Part shown: piece by piece, positions 49,153 through 63,469 of the stretch
How the letters are laid out: each line of letters opens with the position of its first letter
How positions within the stretch are numbered: the stretch's first letter is position 1
Assembly: GCA_051294905.1 (NCBI GenBank)
Contig: CM119372.1
Location: 29,390,001-29,454,000 of the forward strand
Length of the DNA stretch: 64,000 nucleotides
From: Botryllus schlosseri
Lineage: Eukaryota
Direction: 5' to 3'
Program-made: the position numbers and the translations under genes
Notes under the pieces: model-generated
Seen by the model: the letters and a program-made list of their open reading frames with translations, nothing else
What the model was told of the DNA's origin: nothing
The model's database searches: none

Positions 49153-49268
49153 CTTTGTTTGGATTATTTATTCTGTAACGATTCATCCAAATTAATTAAT
49201 TTTGGGCAGAATGAGAGACGGTCGCTTATTGTTTCAGACTGAGCCAACGCCACGCCACAACACTTAAG

Positions 49269-50608
49269 TAGAGATCGGGGCAAAGTGCGGCCGCGGAGCT
49301 ATTCTGAGCGGCCCGCGTGCCCGTTGCTTGGAATTCAAAACATAAAACACACTTTTGAAAATTGCTGCGTGGAATAAAACCATAGGCTGTATAAACTGAC
49401 TGGAACGGAAATTGGTTTACTTTGAAGCCTTTTCAGTGTGCATGTGCAATGTACAAAATATGCCGCGATTACGCAGCATACTTCCCGCGCAGGTTCGCAT
49501 ACGTAATCAAGATTCAAAATAAAGTCAATGTAACAAAGTATGTCATAATAATTAAAGTCACAAGAAGTCACCCTACTCACATAGTTTAGTTCAAATAAAG
49601 ATTACTAACCTACAGAGATTAGTTATCACTATAGTGAAAACGTTTTTGTTGCCATTGTCACATTATGCATTACACGTTCTGTGCTTCAAATTATTTCGTC
49701 ATAGGCTTCGTTTCCAAATATATATTCCGTAAAACGATTCAATCAGTGCTCGTTTTTACTGTGAGACATCATCGTCCATAAAAGATGAACAGACATGTCA
49801 AAAAAAAGCCGAAAGCTGAAATCCAAAGACGGCATGGAGCACTAAACACAGGGAGGTTAGGGTGCGGCACTAAACACACCAATTGGAGGGGGCCCGAGCT
49901 CAAAGGGTGCCAAAAATTAGTTGGTATATTGACATAAATTAGAGTGTTTTTCAGATATTTATAAAAAAAAATCACATTTTCTTCGCGCTTCGCGCGATTT
50001 ATCGTGGCTAGATGTCTTCGTATTTGTTAGGGTTCTTTCCTCATCAGCATTTCGGCGCCAGCCGTTACCGCATTACGGCTCACCAAGACGTTGAAAATAA
50101 CGTTTCAGCTAACATGTGACTCTGTGAAGTGTGCTGCCACAAATGCCGGCGGCGAGGAAACCGCGACCAAAAGTACCGCCTAATGTTGGCCGAAACCGTT
50201 ATATATATATATATAGTATAGCCTATATGTCGATTTCATCAAGCCGCAACTGTTCGGAAGGCAGCGATCAAGACAATAAGCTTTGTAGTATCCCAAATAC
50301 ATTGTAAGGTCTCAATATAAAGACGTGGTGGCTTGGAGAGAATCTAAAATGTATCATGTTTAACATTGTTTCGAATTATGACGGAAAATAAATAGATTAT
50401 TGTGTTTTGTTAATTAACCGTCCTTTTCTCATTATCTATAATATAAACGCATCCGCTGAGCAGCATTTATTAACAATGTAATTCACTGCTTTCAATTTAC
50501 AAATCAAAATAATACACTGGATAATATTCCTAAACATTTCGACTAGGCCCGCCAACGTATTTTCTATTATTCAGTTGGCCCGCGGAGAGAATTAATTGCC
50601 CACCCTTG
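49269..50608. mobile_element. Degenerate Charlie-type element with a nested repeat
   Basis: GGGGCAAAGTGCGGCCGCGG...GCGGCCCGCG start and GGCCCGCGG...TTGCCCACCCTTG end; boundaries approximate. Confidence 0.5.
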
Positions 50609-51922
50609 CTTATAGTAGGTCACAAGTTACAGTCTGACAACACGTTACTGCGAGGCTATTGTTCTATGTGCCTTTATGCGGCTTTGCAGCTTGCTGACTA
50701 GTAAGGACACTGCAACGGCACCATATTGATCATTTTCCCAAAATTCCTCAAAATTCATTAAAAAACTAGAATGGTGGTTCGAAATAATGAGAAAAATTGA
50801 GGAAAAGCTCGTGTTTCAACTTTGTTAGAGAAGGAAGTTTCTGAGATCAAGGTAGCCAGAAATGTTGAAGCATAAACAGAGGTATAGCAGTTGTACAGCG
50901 ATATGGTAACTCAAGATGCTAGATTCGATGACGAATTGTCCTGGATGAAACGTTGTGGAGAAGCTCAGCATGCTCGCCGTTTAATTTAAATGCTGGTTTT
51001 GGTGATGTGGTGTTACTTCAGTCTATAAACGCTTTTTTGTTGTTCTTGGCCAAGTCTTAAGTGAGCCAGAGTCCAACTTGGTATTTGGAATCATGCCGTG
51101 TGGCAATACGGACGCTGACATTATTAATTGATTTAATGTCTGTCTTGAAACGACGATATATCTGACTACAGTCATCACAGAACGTACCTTCTTTAACAAG
51201 GTCAAGATATGAAGTTTCTCTTTCATTTTCACCTCATTTCAAACCATTCTAATTTATGATTGGATTCTGAAATAGTCAAAATTTTGTGAAAATTAGCTAT
51301 ATTATGCGATTTCAGACGCCTTACTATTCAGGAAGCTCTAATGCAGCAGTAAGCTTGCAGAGTAATTTCTTTGCAGTAAAGTGTAGCCAGGCAGTAGCTT
51401 GAAAGCTATACTATAAGCGTTGTGGTGACCCGATCCTTCTGTCGGGAACAATAAGCTACGAACTTGTGCAGATTTTAGATGTAAGGATCTTTGCCGATTG
51501 AATAGTCCATCCTCAAGAATACAGGACCCCAACTGACATATCGATCTCGCCTTCAATGACATGCCACCCCATTTTTGTCGCTTGCTTTTTTCTATAATCT
51601 TCTTTACTTTTCATTCAGTGTGCACGCCTCCTCTTTACATCGCCTAGGCCTAGGTGGGTGTCTGATTCCATAGACTACTCCAAGTCGCTTCGACACCTTC
51701 CTATCTTTTCATTGTATCGCTTTTTGTGGTGTATTGAACTGATAAAATTGCTAATAAACCAACGATGATGATGATGATAATGAATGTAAAGATTATTTGC
51801 ATGCACTGTATAGTATTTTCAGATTTAATTAATGTTTTGGATTTGAGCTCTAAATCTGCACGAAAATAAAGTTTATTTTTCTACGGACAGCAGAGATAGC
51901 TATGAGGGTCCAGCCTTTAATG

Positions 51923-52468
51923 CAGGGGCTGGCAACCTTTCCGGTCGGCAACCCTGATATGGGAAAATGAAGTACTTTTTGGGCTGGAATACAGAATAGA
52001 TACCTTAAAGGCGCATTTATCCACCTATACAAATAATAAATCGTATTTAGTGTGAACTTTGAGTTTAAATCATAGAGACTAAAACAGTGTTTAATAAATT
52101 TAATAAACTATTATGTACTTTAATAGCTGTTGAAGTCAATCGGACATCTGCGTTCAATCAACGTTGTTGACAATTTGTTTGAACTCTGACTGCATGTCGT
52201 ATGTAGAAACTCTTGGTAAAGACTGCACATGAAATCAGTTATATTAGAACGAAGGCTTGTCTTGATAATGTTCGTTTTCAAAAATGTTTGCAGAAGAGAA
52301 CAAGCAGTTTCATGACCCTCTTTCTCCGGTTGCAAACTTGGATTCATTCTGTGACATAGTGACGCATAAAATTTGTCAATACTTTCAGATGAGAATGTCA
52401 TTTTCAAGGTAGAAACTCTCTGCAGTCCGGTCTAAACCCCGTCGCGGGCCGTATGTTGCCCGTTCTTG
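51923..52468 (-). mobile_element. Charlie/Buster-type deletion derivative with a transposase C-terminal remnant
   Basis: CAGGGGCTGGCAAC / GTTGCCCGTTCTTG; TSD CTTTAATG/CTCTAATG; minus-strand NIIKTSLRSNITD remnant. Confidence 0.7.
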
Positions 52469-53531
52469 CTCTAATGAATCTAATCGTCTTTCGAGTGACA
52501 CATTCAGAGAGTTTGACAGAAGTCCAATCATATTGTAATAGTGACAAGAGGTTTCATAATCTTATTGAACAAAGTAGATATTACACATCAAGCGGCTACA
52601 ACAATTTTATTTCAAGTATGATCTTTACTACGCTCGTAAATAAGAAAAAATTACCCCATTTCCAACAACTCTAACTCGGTACCTCCCAATCGCTAAGGCT
52701 GGTAGCTATCGTCGATGTCTGCGTTTATATAGAAAATCGGTTATTTGTAGAGACTATCATCACATCTGCTATCTTTTTGCTTTGTCACAAGTGGGGATTT
52801 ACACAATTCCATATGGCTGTTCACGTAGTTATCAGAATATGTGGAGTATAGGAATATAAAATCCTGTAGCAGTATATAAATATATGGTCGTACATACCAA
52901 AATACAGGACGCTACGACAGACCCAACAGGGGTATCGCAACACCCTGGGATCAGTGAGGCAATGGCCGATGACGCACTGACCCATCTGGCACACATACAC
53001 GTACACACACGCAAGGTACATTATAGAATACTCAAAGATTGAAGTAACACAATATCCGGAAGCGAAAGCGGGTCAGTGAGCATTTTCTTTGCACCCTGCT
53101 GGCGGTTGCAATTTTGCATTCTACAATTCACATTTCATTTTGTTCCCTTAGTGAATGTTCAGTTTTTCTAATCGATTTAATACAGATTGCTCGACGAAAA
53201 GGATAAAAGAAAAATCAAAAAAATATTATATTTAAGGTCCTAATTTCGGTTTTATATTTTTATTGTCCCCTGCTCGTCCAAACTTTTTTACGAGATTTAA
53301 ATGGACACTGTATCGGCAAAACTAAATATGTCACTCACTATCATCATACTTAAATGATTAAAGACATCAAACAGACTGTGGAGTGCCGAAAATCATGGTT
53401 GTATCCATTATTAGGGTTCCATGTTTCCTTAGAATAACATGCGCAAATATATAAAATTTAAAAGGTTAGCTAATTGAGATCGCGACCAGTTTCTTATCAC
53501 ATTAGAAATCTTCGCATATTTGTAATCTAGG

Positions 53532-53695
53532 CTCCTCCTCGTCATCTGATCTGCGTCTAAGCGGTGCCTTACAAAAGCCTAGAAGTGGGTCGTGCTACAA
53601 GTCAGTAGATATGCAATCATAATGTAGGATATCGACATGGTGTCAATTACCATTGCAGTCGAAAAACATCATAAATGCCATAAACAACAACAACG
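53532..53695 (+). mobile_element. SINE body copy (same family as 16285-16559; another at about 38625-38765)
   Basis: AGAAGTGGGTCGTGCTACAAGTC core and ATAAACAACAACAAC tail. Confidence 0.65.
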
Positions 53696-56082
53696 CAGGC
53701 TATGTAAGTAGCCTAGATTGCATATCACAAGTTAAGGTAGGTATGGATGGAAAATACATAGCAACTACATCAGTAACGCGATGTATTTGCTCTGCATTAC
53801 GTAGTCACAACTCAGCGTTTCACTGTGCTGCGATTGTCAAATTGTTAGCGAGTGGGGCAGATTCATCTGAGACTCACCTGGCTATTGTTTCTCGCCGTTG
53901 TCATAGTACGTATTAAAGCCGAATTTGACATTTGTGAAATTTGACGGGTTTCTGGTGCTTTGGTATTGTTAGTATTCGGGTTTTCAGAATCAGCGGGATG
54001 AAAATTGATGAAGTTGGGTGGAAAAATGTTCACATTCAGTAGTGCATGAATATCGACGGAAAATATCAATAATCATTGAGAGTTCTCACTGTTGCTCTTA
54101 CTCATGCTGATGGCAGGTGAGGTACCGCCTTACTTGTCTCCCCTGACCGCACGTCACTGCATGAGTTCCGTTTTGAAAGACACGCCGTTGCTCCGAGATA
54201 ATTACGAATAGCAATACTATGAACAGAACAGTGTGCATTTACTTGGTTTAGCCTGGTCGCACTGGATGGTGACTTTATTTATTTAAAATACCGTGACCTT
54301 CATGATTTACTGGCTCCTGTTGTCTCTGCGCTACGAGTTTAAATTCACCATGAGGCTCTGAAATCTGATCTGACGCAGTCGACAGCGCATAGTTTCGCTG
54401 TTCTCCGATTGTCCTGCCAGGGCCTAAAAAGAGCTTCGTCGTCCCCCCGAAAAACGTTGATCTTGGGTCCCCATCTAAAGTTAGATACCAATCTTCTGGG
54501 GGGCTTCGCTTGCCAGACCCCCAGCGGGTCAGACATTTTCACCGCTACTTCTGGACGAGATCTGATACTATAATAAGTGAGTCATATCATACAGATTGAA
54601 TTGTTCAATAATATCGGAATTGCATATATATATTGCTCTAATTTTTTTTATCCTCTATCTGCGCACGTAATCAGATTTACTGGTAGAGCAGAGTGACGTG
54701 TTTTCTTGGAAAGTCTAGGGCTCGTAAATATTATCGAACATATTCGGACGTTACATAATGTTATTTCGTGACCTCCTGTCTGCTATGACAAAAATTATTG
54801 AAATTGCCCAAACGTACTAAACCTAAAAGACGCACACGATTTCTAATTGGTATTTCTTCACCGGCAAATAATTTTATTTTGGGAGATGGCATTTTTCTAG
54901 TGGGGTTTAGATCGCCTGGACAGGAACATTCGACGCCAGCCATTTAGGCGCCTTATGTACCATTAAACATATATGTATCTATATAGAAGTTTTCGGTCAG
55001 CATGAGGGCAGTCCTTCTCGGTCAAGGTTTTCTAACTACAGATCGTTTTGTTTTTGCACACGTCTCGGAGTGGCAAGGTACATGGCCTGAAACTTCATAT
55101 GCCTTGTTACGTCGTGGCGCGGTAGAGACAGACGTCGAAATGCCCCTTTCTATAAAGCATCCGTATTTTTTCTTGGGGAAAGGGTAACCAATAAACAAGG
55201 TATTCGGCAACATTTAATCGCGAGTAGCACCAAAAAATTGCAATTAAGTTGCACAAATTCAGAAAAATACCCTTTCATATATGTTCATTCATGAAATCAT
55301 TTTAGGCCCCCTTCGAGCTCGCCCCGCCCCAATTGGGGGGTTTGGGGTGCGGCATTTACAGTCGTGGTCCTGCCTACTTTTGAAGCACGCTTTCAAAGGT
55401 GGCCGGAAATAGCAATAAGAAATAGTCTAGGCTAATTCTTAAATGTCCTCCAGTAGTTTCCGGCTATATTTACCACTTACTCAGACGGTTACATTTTATG
55501 GCCCTTTCCAGAGTAGACTCTTCCTATATAGCAACTGGGGCATTGGCCCATTTACAATTCTGTGCTATACCAATATTAACACCAATTTATTAGGCTATTT
55601 AGGGACGCGGAGCAACAAATATAGCGAAATTCCGAAAATCGCGGTATTTAGCCTACTGTGATGTCGCTAGTAAATGTATTTTCGGGGCATTAAGCTTCAC
55701 CTATCTATTCTCCCAATGTAGCTAACGGTAAAGAAACGTACGATTCACTTTCTTTATTCATCTTACTCGGCGAAATTAGGGCAACCCATATATGAAATAA
55801 CAATGGCGTATGTTTCTGAACTCGTCGACCTTTCTTGTTAGGATATACAGAATCTATTGAATTATAGTCAGCTCTGTAGAATGGATTGCTATTCGAGTCA
55901 AGTATGAACATGAATCTTGTTGAATCTCTGTTGCAAACGCCGTGTAATTATCGTATAGCGAGGATAAGGACGCCTTGTTTTTCTTTTACCGACTTTTATT
56001 AGGCAGCGCCGGTACGATGAGCTCTGATTGGAGCAAAATTGGGTATCGCGATTTGAAGCATTGGCACAGCGTGTGTAAGCAC

Positions 56083-57273
56083 TAGAGGTCGACCGATTAT
56101 CAAGCTGCCCGATTATCGAAGCCGATATTCGGAACTTTCCGATTATCGATATCGGCCTATGAAGGCCCATATCACGAACGATATTTTATATCAAATAATT
56201 TTGAAAATTGATGATAAATTTAAAAATTTATTGAATGTCTTCTTCCAATAAAAGATGTCACTCTTCAATTGTGAGTGATGCATCTATATCATGATAAATT
56301 GCATGCATCTCGGTACTGAAGATGCTAGTTCAAAACGATAATGCTGCTGGTCACTAACAGACGAGATCAAGATGCCCAGAAAAGTTATGAGGACAAGCAT
56401 GGATAAATGTTTTGATGAATTGGAGAGGATTAAGACTGTTGTTCTCGCGTGTCTGCTAGATCCTAGATATAAAAATCATACATTTTCTTAAGCAGTTAAA
56501 TTAAGCAAGGCCAGAGGGTGGTTGAGAGAAGAAGAAAACACAGCATCCACTTCAGAGCAAGCCAGCACCGAAGATGTAGCTTAAGCAACACTTGCAGTTA
56601 GAAATTCCAAGAGACTACGCTTAGACTCGGCGACAGATACAAGTGGGTGTGTCGATTCACTGTTTAACACCTTGTTGATACCATACAGTGACAGCACGCT
56701 GGGCGGTAGCGGTATTCATGACGAACTATACCTGTACCTTAAAGAACCGTCAAAAATAGACAAAAAGGCCCGCCGGGATGTTGAAAGATCCATAGAGTTC
56801 CAGATACAAGCTGCTTGCCAAAGTAGAAAGTAGGCATATAACCCAATCACCCTCATCTGTCCCCATTGAACGCGTTCAAGTGAAATTGCTCAGATTCACA
56901 CTTGCAGGACGACAAGCTCAACTGGTGAGCATGCTGCAGATGAACTGCATATGCTTTCTGCATTACAATCTACCTCTACTGGACTGATCTGCAATTCTGT
57001 ATCACGCTTTTGCTCTTTGGGTTAGCCTAAACTTCAATGACGGTGCCCGATTGAACAACAAGTCATTCTGATTTCAATTTCCTTGTTTGCTTTTCAGCTT
57101 TCTGTGGCACGTGGGCTACAAGTGCCATCTGACCTAATATATAATGATTTTGGTAAATAGTTCTTCCTCCTTCCATATTAATAACGGCCTATGTTATCGG
57201 TTATCGGCTATGTGACTGTGTCTACAATCGGTATCGGTATCAACCTGCATAAATCAATATCGGTCGACCTCCA
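56083..57273 (+). mobile_element. Decayed hAT (Ac/ZBED-like) element with transposase remnants
   Basis: TIRs TAGAGGTCGACCGAT / ATCGGTCGACCTCCA; flanks GTAAGCAC/GTAACAC; remnants ACLLDPRYKN (about 56447) and PSSVPIERV (about 56850) with stops and frameshifts. Confidence 0.8.
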
Positions 57274-57931
57274 GTAACACACCACATATCAAAAGTCCAC
57301 ATGGATAGAGCAGTTACCTATAAATTGCTAGGCAGAGTGATCACCATGTTCCAGCTCAATTAAGGCTAATTGCGAATCTGTCCGGGCGTTCTCCGTTCCG
57401 CATTGGTGGCTGTCGTCACCGCTTCGGATTCCTATTGCCTGGCTGTTACTGGTAATGTCTCGCGCGTCACACATTAAGATCGCGTTCGAAACACTTTAGT
57501 AAGCCATAAAAAACTCGAGGCACTGAAAGTACCTCGCTTTCGAGACACGAATCCTCCCGTTTACAAATTCGGCCAAAAGCGCTGAATAACCTTACAGAAT
57601 TGCCGAGCTTGGTGCAATTTGAATGTCACAAAATCTGCAAAATATCGACCACAAAATCATTATGCTTGCTTCTACTTATGTTTGATTCGTGGCACAGGGA
57701 CGATGCTTAGTTAGACGTACGTCTTGTAAAATCATCATTAGAATAAAAAACTGCCGAAAACAAGCAAACTTAGCTGTGAAAACAAATTACGTCATGGCTC
57801 ACCTGCGAACCACTCACCGCACCCCAGTTGGGGAACATTGCTCTCTAGAAATTCAGATGCCCACACTCTCAGCAAAAATAGTGTGGATTTCTACCCGTAT
57901 ACGATCCCTGATGTACGTGTGTGAATATACA

Positions 57932-58187
57932 GTTTGTTTGTTTGTAATAGTCATGGTGTTTGGCGATTACTATGGTCATTTACATCGGGCCCATGATCTT
58001 CATCTTAATTCCGTAGCTGTCGACTTGTGGAACGGCCCACTTCTAGGCTTTTATAAGACACTGCTTGCACCGATTAGATGGCGAGGAGGAGCTTAGATAA
58101 TTATCCAGCACTTAGGTTGGAATTCTGAAGTCGACCTCGGTTGGTGTTGCAGCAGTGGATTATACCACTATGGTATCTCGCCACCGT
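57932..58187 (-). mobile_element. tRNA-derived SINE copy
   Basis: Collinear with 16285-16559, including GAATTCTG.AGTCGACCTCGGT and a (CAAA)n tail. Confidence 0.68.
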
Positions 58188-58829
58188 GAATATACTGATA
58201 CAGTATACACCCATGCCACACCAAACCAGAACCTACTTCAGACTTGTACGATGGTATAAATTGAGCAAAATACTTTAATCCAAATTATACATGCACGCAC
58301 GAACGTACAGAGCTATGCACGTAGGCACATAGGATTTATGATCGCGATGTAAGTAAGAGGTATGTTCTATTTTGTGTCCCAACCTTTCCGGTCTTTTGGG
58401 TGTGAATGCACACTCATTTCGCTAAGAGTGCACCACGAAGTCACATTTTCATGTCAAAATGCGCAATTGTGACGTCAGTTTGATAAATGAATCGCGTGAA
58501 GCCCTTGCCCCACCATCCGATATTGTAACAAGCCGCCACTGAGCTTTCCATATCCGTGCACGAGTTTTTTAAACAAAATGATGATAGTCACTGCTGTTCG
58601 GTCAGGTGGTGCACTCCCTTCCGATAATGATATAGAGATATACCCCGAATTCAAGGTACCCGACATCACGCGCCGCGAAATCGTAGATTGCATCATACGT
58701 TGTTTGGTCAAAGAGAATAGTTGACATAGTGACATCTGTATGACAATCCTGTTTCAAATGGATATTGTCTTTCTGATTTACGGGGGAAATGAACAGAACA
58801 GCCTTGAAAGTGTCATTCACAACTACAAA

Positions 58830-59216
58830 TCAAAATTAAATGTAGGCATGTAGCGCAACGTTATGTTACCGACGAATGCTTTGAAAATTTAGTGGTCGAT
58901 CAATATTCAGATTTTCGGAGTCAGTGCAAATATCACATTAACTTCATATTGGGTATTATAAATTCTGAGCTATTTACGATGAATTGCACTATTACGGGCG
59001 AGGCTTGGTCATTCTATATCTCAACTGTGTCTTTCGCGCTTTATATTACAACAATAAATATGCAAATCGCGTGATTTTTAGAGTACAGAGGTTCAAAATC
59101 TAGTCATTCCTTAACATGATAGAATATACCAGAGGTTTCACAATTTTCCATCGCTCATCCTGGACACGGGCGTGGCATGCACTGCCTCACTTACCTCTCC
59201 TGACACCGCGTCACTA
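58830..59216. repeat. Dispersed hAT-like repeat end (copies at about 43620-44004 and 53990-54159)
   Basis: Shared terminus GCACTGCCTCACTT..CTC.CCTGAC...CGTCACT and collinear upstream sequence. Confidence 0.6.
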
Positions 59217-61890
59217 GCGTGTCACACCCTGCAGAAGATTGCACTGTTGTATTCACTATGTTTGACTCCACCTGCGCAGGGCACTGGGCAGTGGTTCACC
59301 CATTTAAAAAGCATCAAGACAAGCCTATGACCTCGTTTAACTGACGAATGTCTTAAGGTTTTTTTGAAGCTTAACCTCACCAATTATCAATCAGAATACA
59401 AAGCCATTAGTAATACCAAGCCACATCAAAATACCATTAACTGTAAAAGCGTGTAAATCGTAGAGTCACACTTTTACTGTTGTCTAAAAATGTTGGAAAT
59501 CTAATTGTTAGCCTACTTGTCTTGAGCTTCGAAAAATATCATATGGCAATCAATGAATTTCATTCAAAAAGATGTAACTTGCAAAAGATTTATGTAATTA
59601 TGGAGTTCAAACATGAAATGGTAACGACCGATTTTTCTGCTTTGTTCCGCTTCGCTAAGACTGGGAATTGGGTTGATTCGCGACTGTAGATTTTCTGGCA
59701 CTTAAATAGCTATCGTCTAGACTCTAGAGCGCAGAATTAAAATTCGTTAATGCAACTTAAGTTTCGCCTGCTCAAATAGGACAACCAGCAGGATTAGTAC
59801 GACCCGTGGTTTAGGCAGTCGACTTTTATCCAACGTTCTAGAAGCATATCGTCCCGGTTTTAGATGTTTTAGAAATGGATATGCGAACGTGTCGACTTGT
59901 CTAATACGGAGTCCGCGGACCACAGAGAACCCGCTGATTAGCACGAGCACGCTATTCTGTCACTCACACGAAGAAAAAACTTATCCCCCTTATCGAAAAT
60001 GATTTGTCACCAAAACGATTAAATCGAAACTTTCAGTTGATTCACCCAAATCAGCTGTCATTCCAAGTGTCCTGTATGGTGTTGATGCGAGCAAATCTCA
60101 TGGCTCAGTGAAATTGGTCTACGTCACACTTTCCATTTGGCTAAAGGCAATTTGACGGTAACTTTGACCAACTTGCCGAGCCGAGCATTAAATTTGATAA
60201 AACGGGTATCAATCGAAAGCTACCACGGTACTGACCGCGACAATATAAATGTTATTCTGCTCGGGGCCCTAGAACCCCCCACAATCAGCCTCGAAATTTA
60301 CATTGTAACGGAGTTTGGTATTGTAACGCAACCAGGTGGGTCCCTGATCTCAAAGACTACTCCAAGTCGTTTCGGCATCTTCCTATCTTTCATTGTATCG
60401 CAATATTGTGATGTTTTCAAATGATGGAATTTTATGAATAAACTTGAACTTGAACCTCCCACTCTGAGACTTCGTTCTAAGGGGTCCAAAGACCCATTGT
60501 TAGGAAGCACTGTATTAGGGATTCTGGTTTGTACACAAATTAATATTTGAGATGGACATTTCGCCATATATGTCTTCTGATGTGTGTTATCTTCATTTAT
60601 TCGGCCACTCTAAAATAAAACGGAATATCACCTTTCCACCATTACCCATATTGATATCCCGCAACGTCACAGTGGCGCTTGTGAATTGTTGAGGCCTAGT
60701 GCCCCAAGGCCATAATTTATACCCTGTCAGCCTTGCTAGTATGAATTCTCACAAATGTCAACAATACGCGTGTAAGAACGAGAGGGAAAAGAGGCCCTTT
60801 ACGCTCCGAGCAACCGAGAGAAGAGCATAGAACGGAAATAACCTGAAAACACTGTACGCGCCCTATATGTACGCACGATTTACGCAAATGTGCACTGTAC
60901 TTTAAGTCGCCTATCTATTTCTTAATTTTGATTAGCCTTGGTGATATTCACGGGATATTCAGATTCTATATATGCTGCATTCGACTAAACAAGCTTTGCC
61001 ATCAATGCCGCAAACAGTTCAAAATCGATTAATAGCGATTTTGCGGATTGGCAATGGACCGATACTCAACATAGCTGTGTGTCAGTGTGCCAATAATATG
61101 TTGGGTTGTGGGTGTGTGATTTATTTATCGCGACACTCCAATAGCAATTTCTATTTCAAATGACTAAAGAAACACTGTGCCTCCATTGTTATTCGGTTAC
61201 TAGTATTGGGTTTGATTACTATCGCTTAAAATGCGTGATTTCTATGCGTAGTCGGCTGTAAACGATTATGAGCGGAAATCCGGTTAGCTGCAGCACGAGC
61301 TACTCCCATATAGTGTGCGTAATCAAGTTGTTAACAGGAAAAAAATGGCAGACCCATAGAGATCTAACCGACCTGTTTTTCAAGGACATAGTATTGTTGT
61401 ATTCGTATTTTACCTTTAGGATTTGTTTATGACATCTGCTATAGGTCAAGTCAAAAGGTGCTTGAGCATTATCTAGGCTAGTTATCACCGATCCGATCCG
61501 CGCAAGCAATGGCAACTGCGAATTTGGGTCATGATTTATGTCGGCTGCACTCACTTTACTGGGGCCAGACTCGTTTGGAAAACATATTCTTTACAGTGTA
61601 CATTATTAACTTCGTTTAATAAACGTCTGTATGAAATGCCGATCGTATATATCTCTAATATTTCTTCGCTCATTTGCAATTCAGCAATTCCTATTATCAC
61701 TGCCCCCAATTAGCGAGAATCGAGTGGACAGCGGCACGCGATCTCCCTCGTATAGGTTGTTATTCATTCGTCTGCGAAATGGTGTGATTGAAATCATCTG
61801 ATTCGTTAAAATAAAATTTTATATGTATATGAATATGTACTCACGGGAGATCGTGGAATCGCTAATTGATAGCATAGCCGGACTCGTTAC

Positions 61891-62804
61891 CAGTGTTGGG
61901 ATGACTCGAGTCATGACTTGACTCGAGTCAGACTCGAGTCAACTTTTTCGTATGACTTGACTTGACTCGAGTCACTTTGCAAAAATGACTTGACTTGACT
62001 TGACTCGGTGCTTCAGAAATGTGGATTGACTCGTGACTCGGAGCAAAATGTACGAGTCAATTTCAAGTCATCAAATAAACGGTGTCGATAAATCAATGTA
62101 TCTTGTTTATGTTTGGATTGCTCGCGATACGCCGGTGTCACTTGTGAGAGCAGCCAGTCATTCACGGATTGTACATTTCACTGATCCTCCATCGTCACAT
62201 CACAAACAAATTGAACGCAAACGAAATGACCCCATCTTGCGTTAATGTGCGAGCAATAGATTAATCTAAAAGCGACGTATCTATGTTCCTTATAGACGAC
62301 TCAGTGCATACATTACGCAGTGCTCACCTTAATCAACAATCTTGTATGATTTAAATCGAAGGAATATAGTTTATGCGTTTATATTCTCGCGGATGTGTAG
62401 ATGGGTAGTGTACTAAACCAAATGACTCTGTGTTAACTTCTTGAGGCATCGTGTTCGATCCTCGATTTTAGCTAACTATTTTATTGGTAGTTCTACGCCT
62501 GTGTGAGCGATGCAACACCATTTTTATGTATATTTAACTTTATATTCGTTATTTGACTCAAGATAAATGTCCAATCAATCTGTCTTTCACACAGCTAGCA
62601 AAATGTAATGACTTAGAATCATCATTCATACTTCGAAAATTCAGTTTGACTTGAATTGTGACTTGACTCGTGACTTGACTTGACTTGACTTGACTTGACT
62701 CGAGTCACCTTCGAAAATCGGTTGACTTGACTTGACTCGAGTCAAAATGTGCAATGACTCGAGATGACTCGTGACTCGAAGGTAGTGACTTGATCCCAAC
62801 ACTG
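61891..62804. mobile_element. GACTCGAGTC-array hAT MITE (family 2)
   Basis: Perfect TIRs CAGTGTTGGGAT / ATCCCAACACTG; TSD CTCGTTAC/CTTGTTAC. Confidence 0.88.
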
Positions 62805-63469
62805 CTTGTTACTGATGAAATGAGGTATTTCTTACTGCTCGAGTTATAGTAGCGTGCGACAGTGTAGGGTATGGTGGCTTATATCTACCATACGCATAAA
62901 AGTTCGTCAACACCAGGAGGTTTATCTGACCCATGCAATATATTCGACATTTACACATGTAAATTGATGCTACCTTGGCACATTTGAAAAAATCTCAAAC
63001 CCTTCCTATTTTACTGTCAGCTTACCTCACAACATTGCGTGTACGGTTACCAGTTCACTGCTCATTAATTTTATTGCGTGCTGTTCCATTTTGGGGGTCT
63101 TAACTTTCGCCAATAGTAAGTCTTTACAAAGAAATTCAATTTCTAAAGTGTATAAAGGTTGGGGACCTATCTTATAATTTGACAACACCTTTGTATTATG
63201 TTTTTCTGTAGATGGGGTCACTGCTAGCAGTACGTTACCACACTAGATTTACATGTCGTGAGATTCTGCTGCGATTTCCAAATAATCCCGTGTGTATAGG
63301 CCTATATACGTTCTTACACCGTTGTCCACATATGATATAAAGAAACTGGGGATATCATTGGAGCATCGGGGCTGTTTAAATGGATAATCTCATCCAAAAT
63401 AATTAGAATATATACACTGGAACATTTCCACACGTCAGTAGTATAGTAGCTCGCTGGCATGAGGCCATT

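Noticed and set aside
50770..51000. Possible Tc1-like transposase N-terminal relic
   Set aside because: Too degraded, with no matching TIR pair found.
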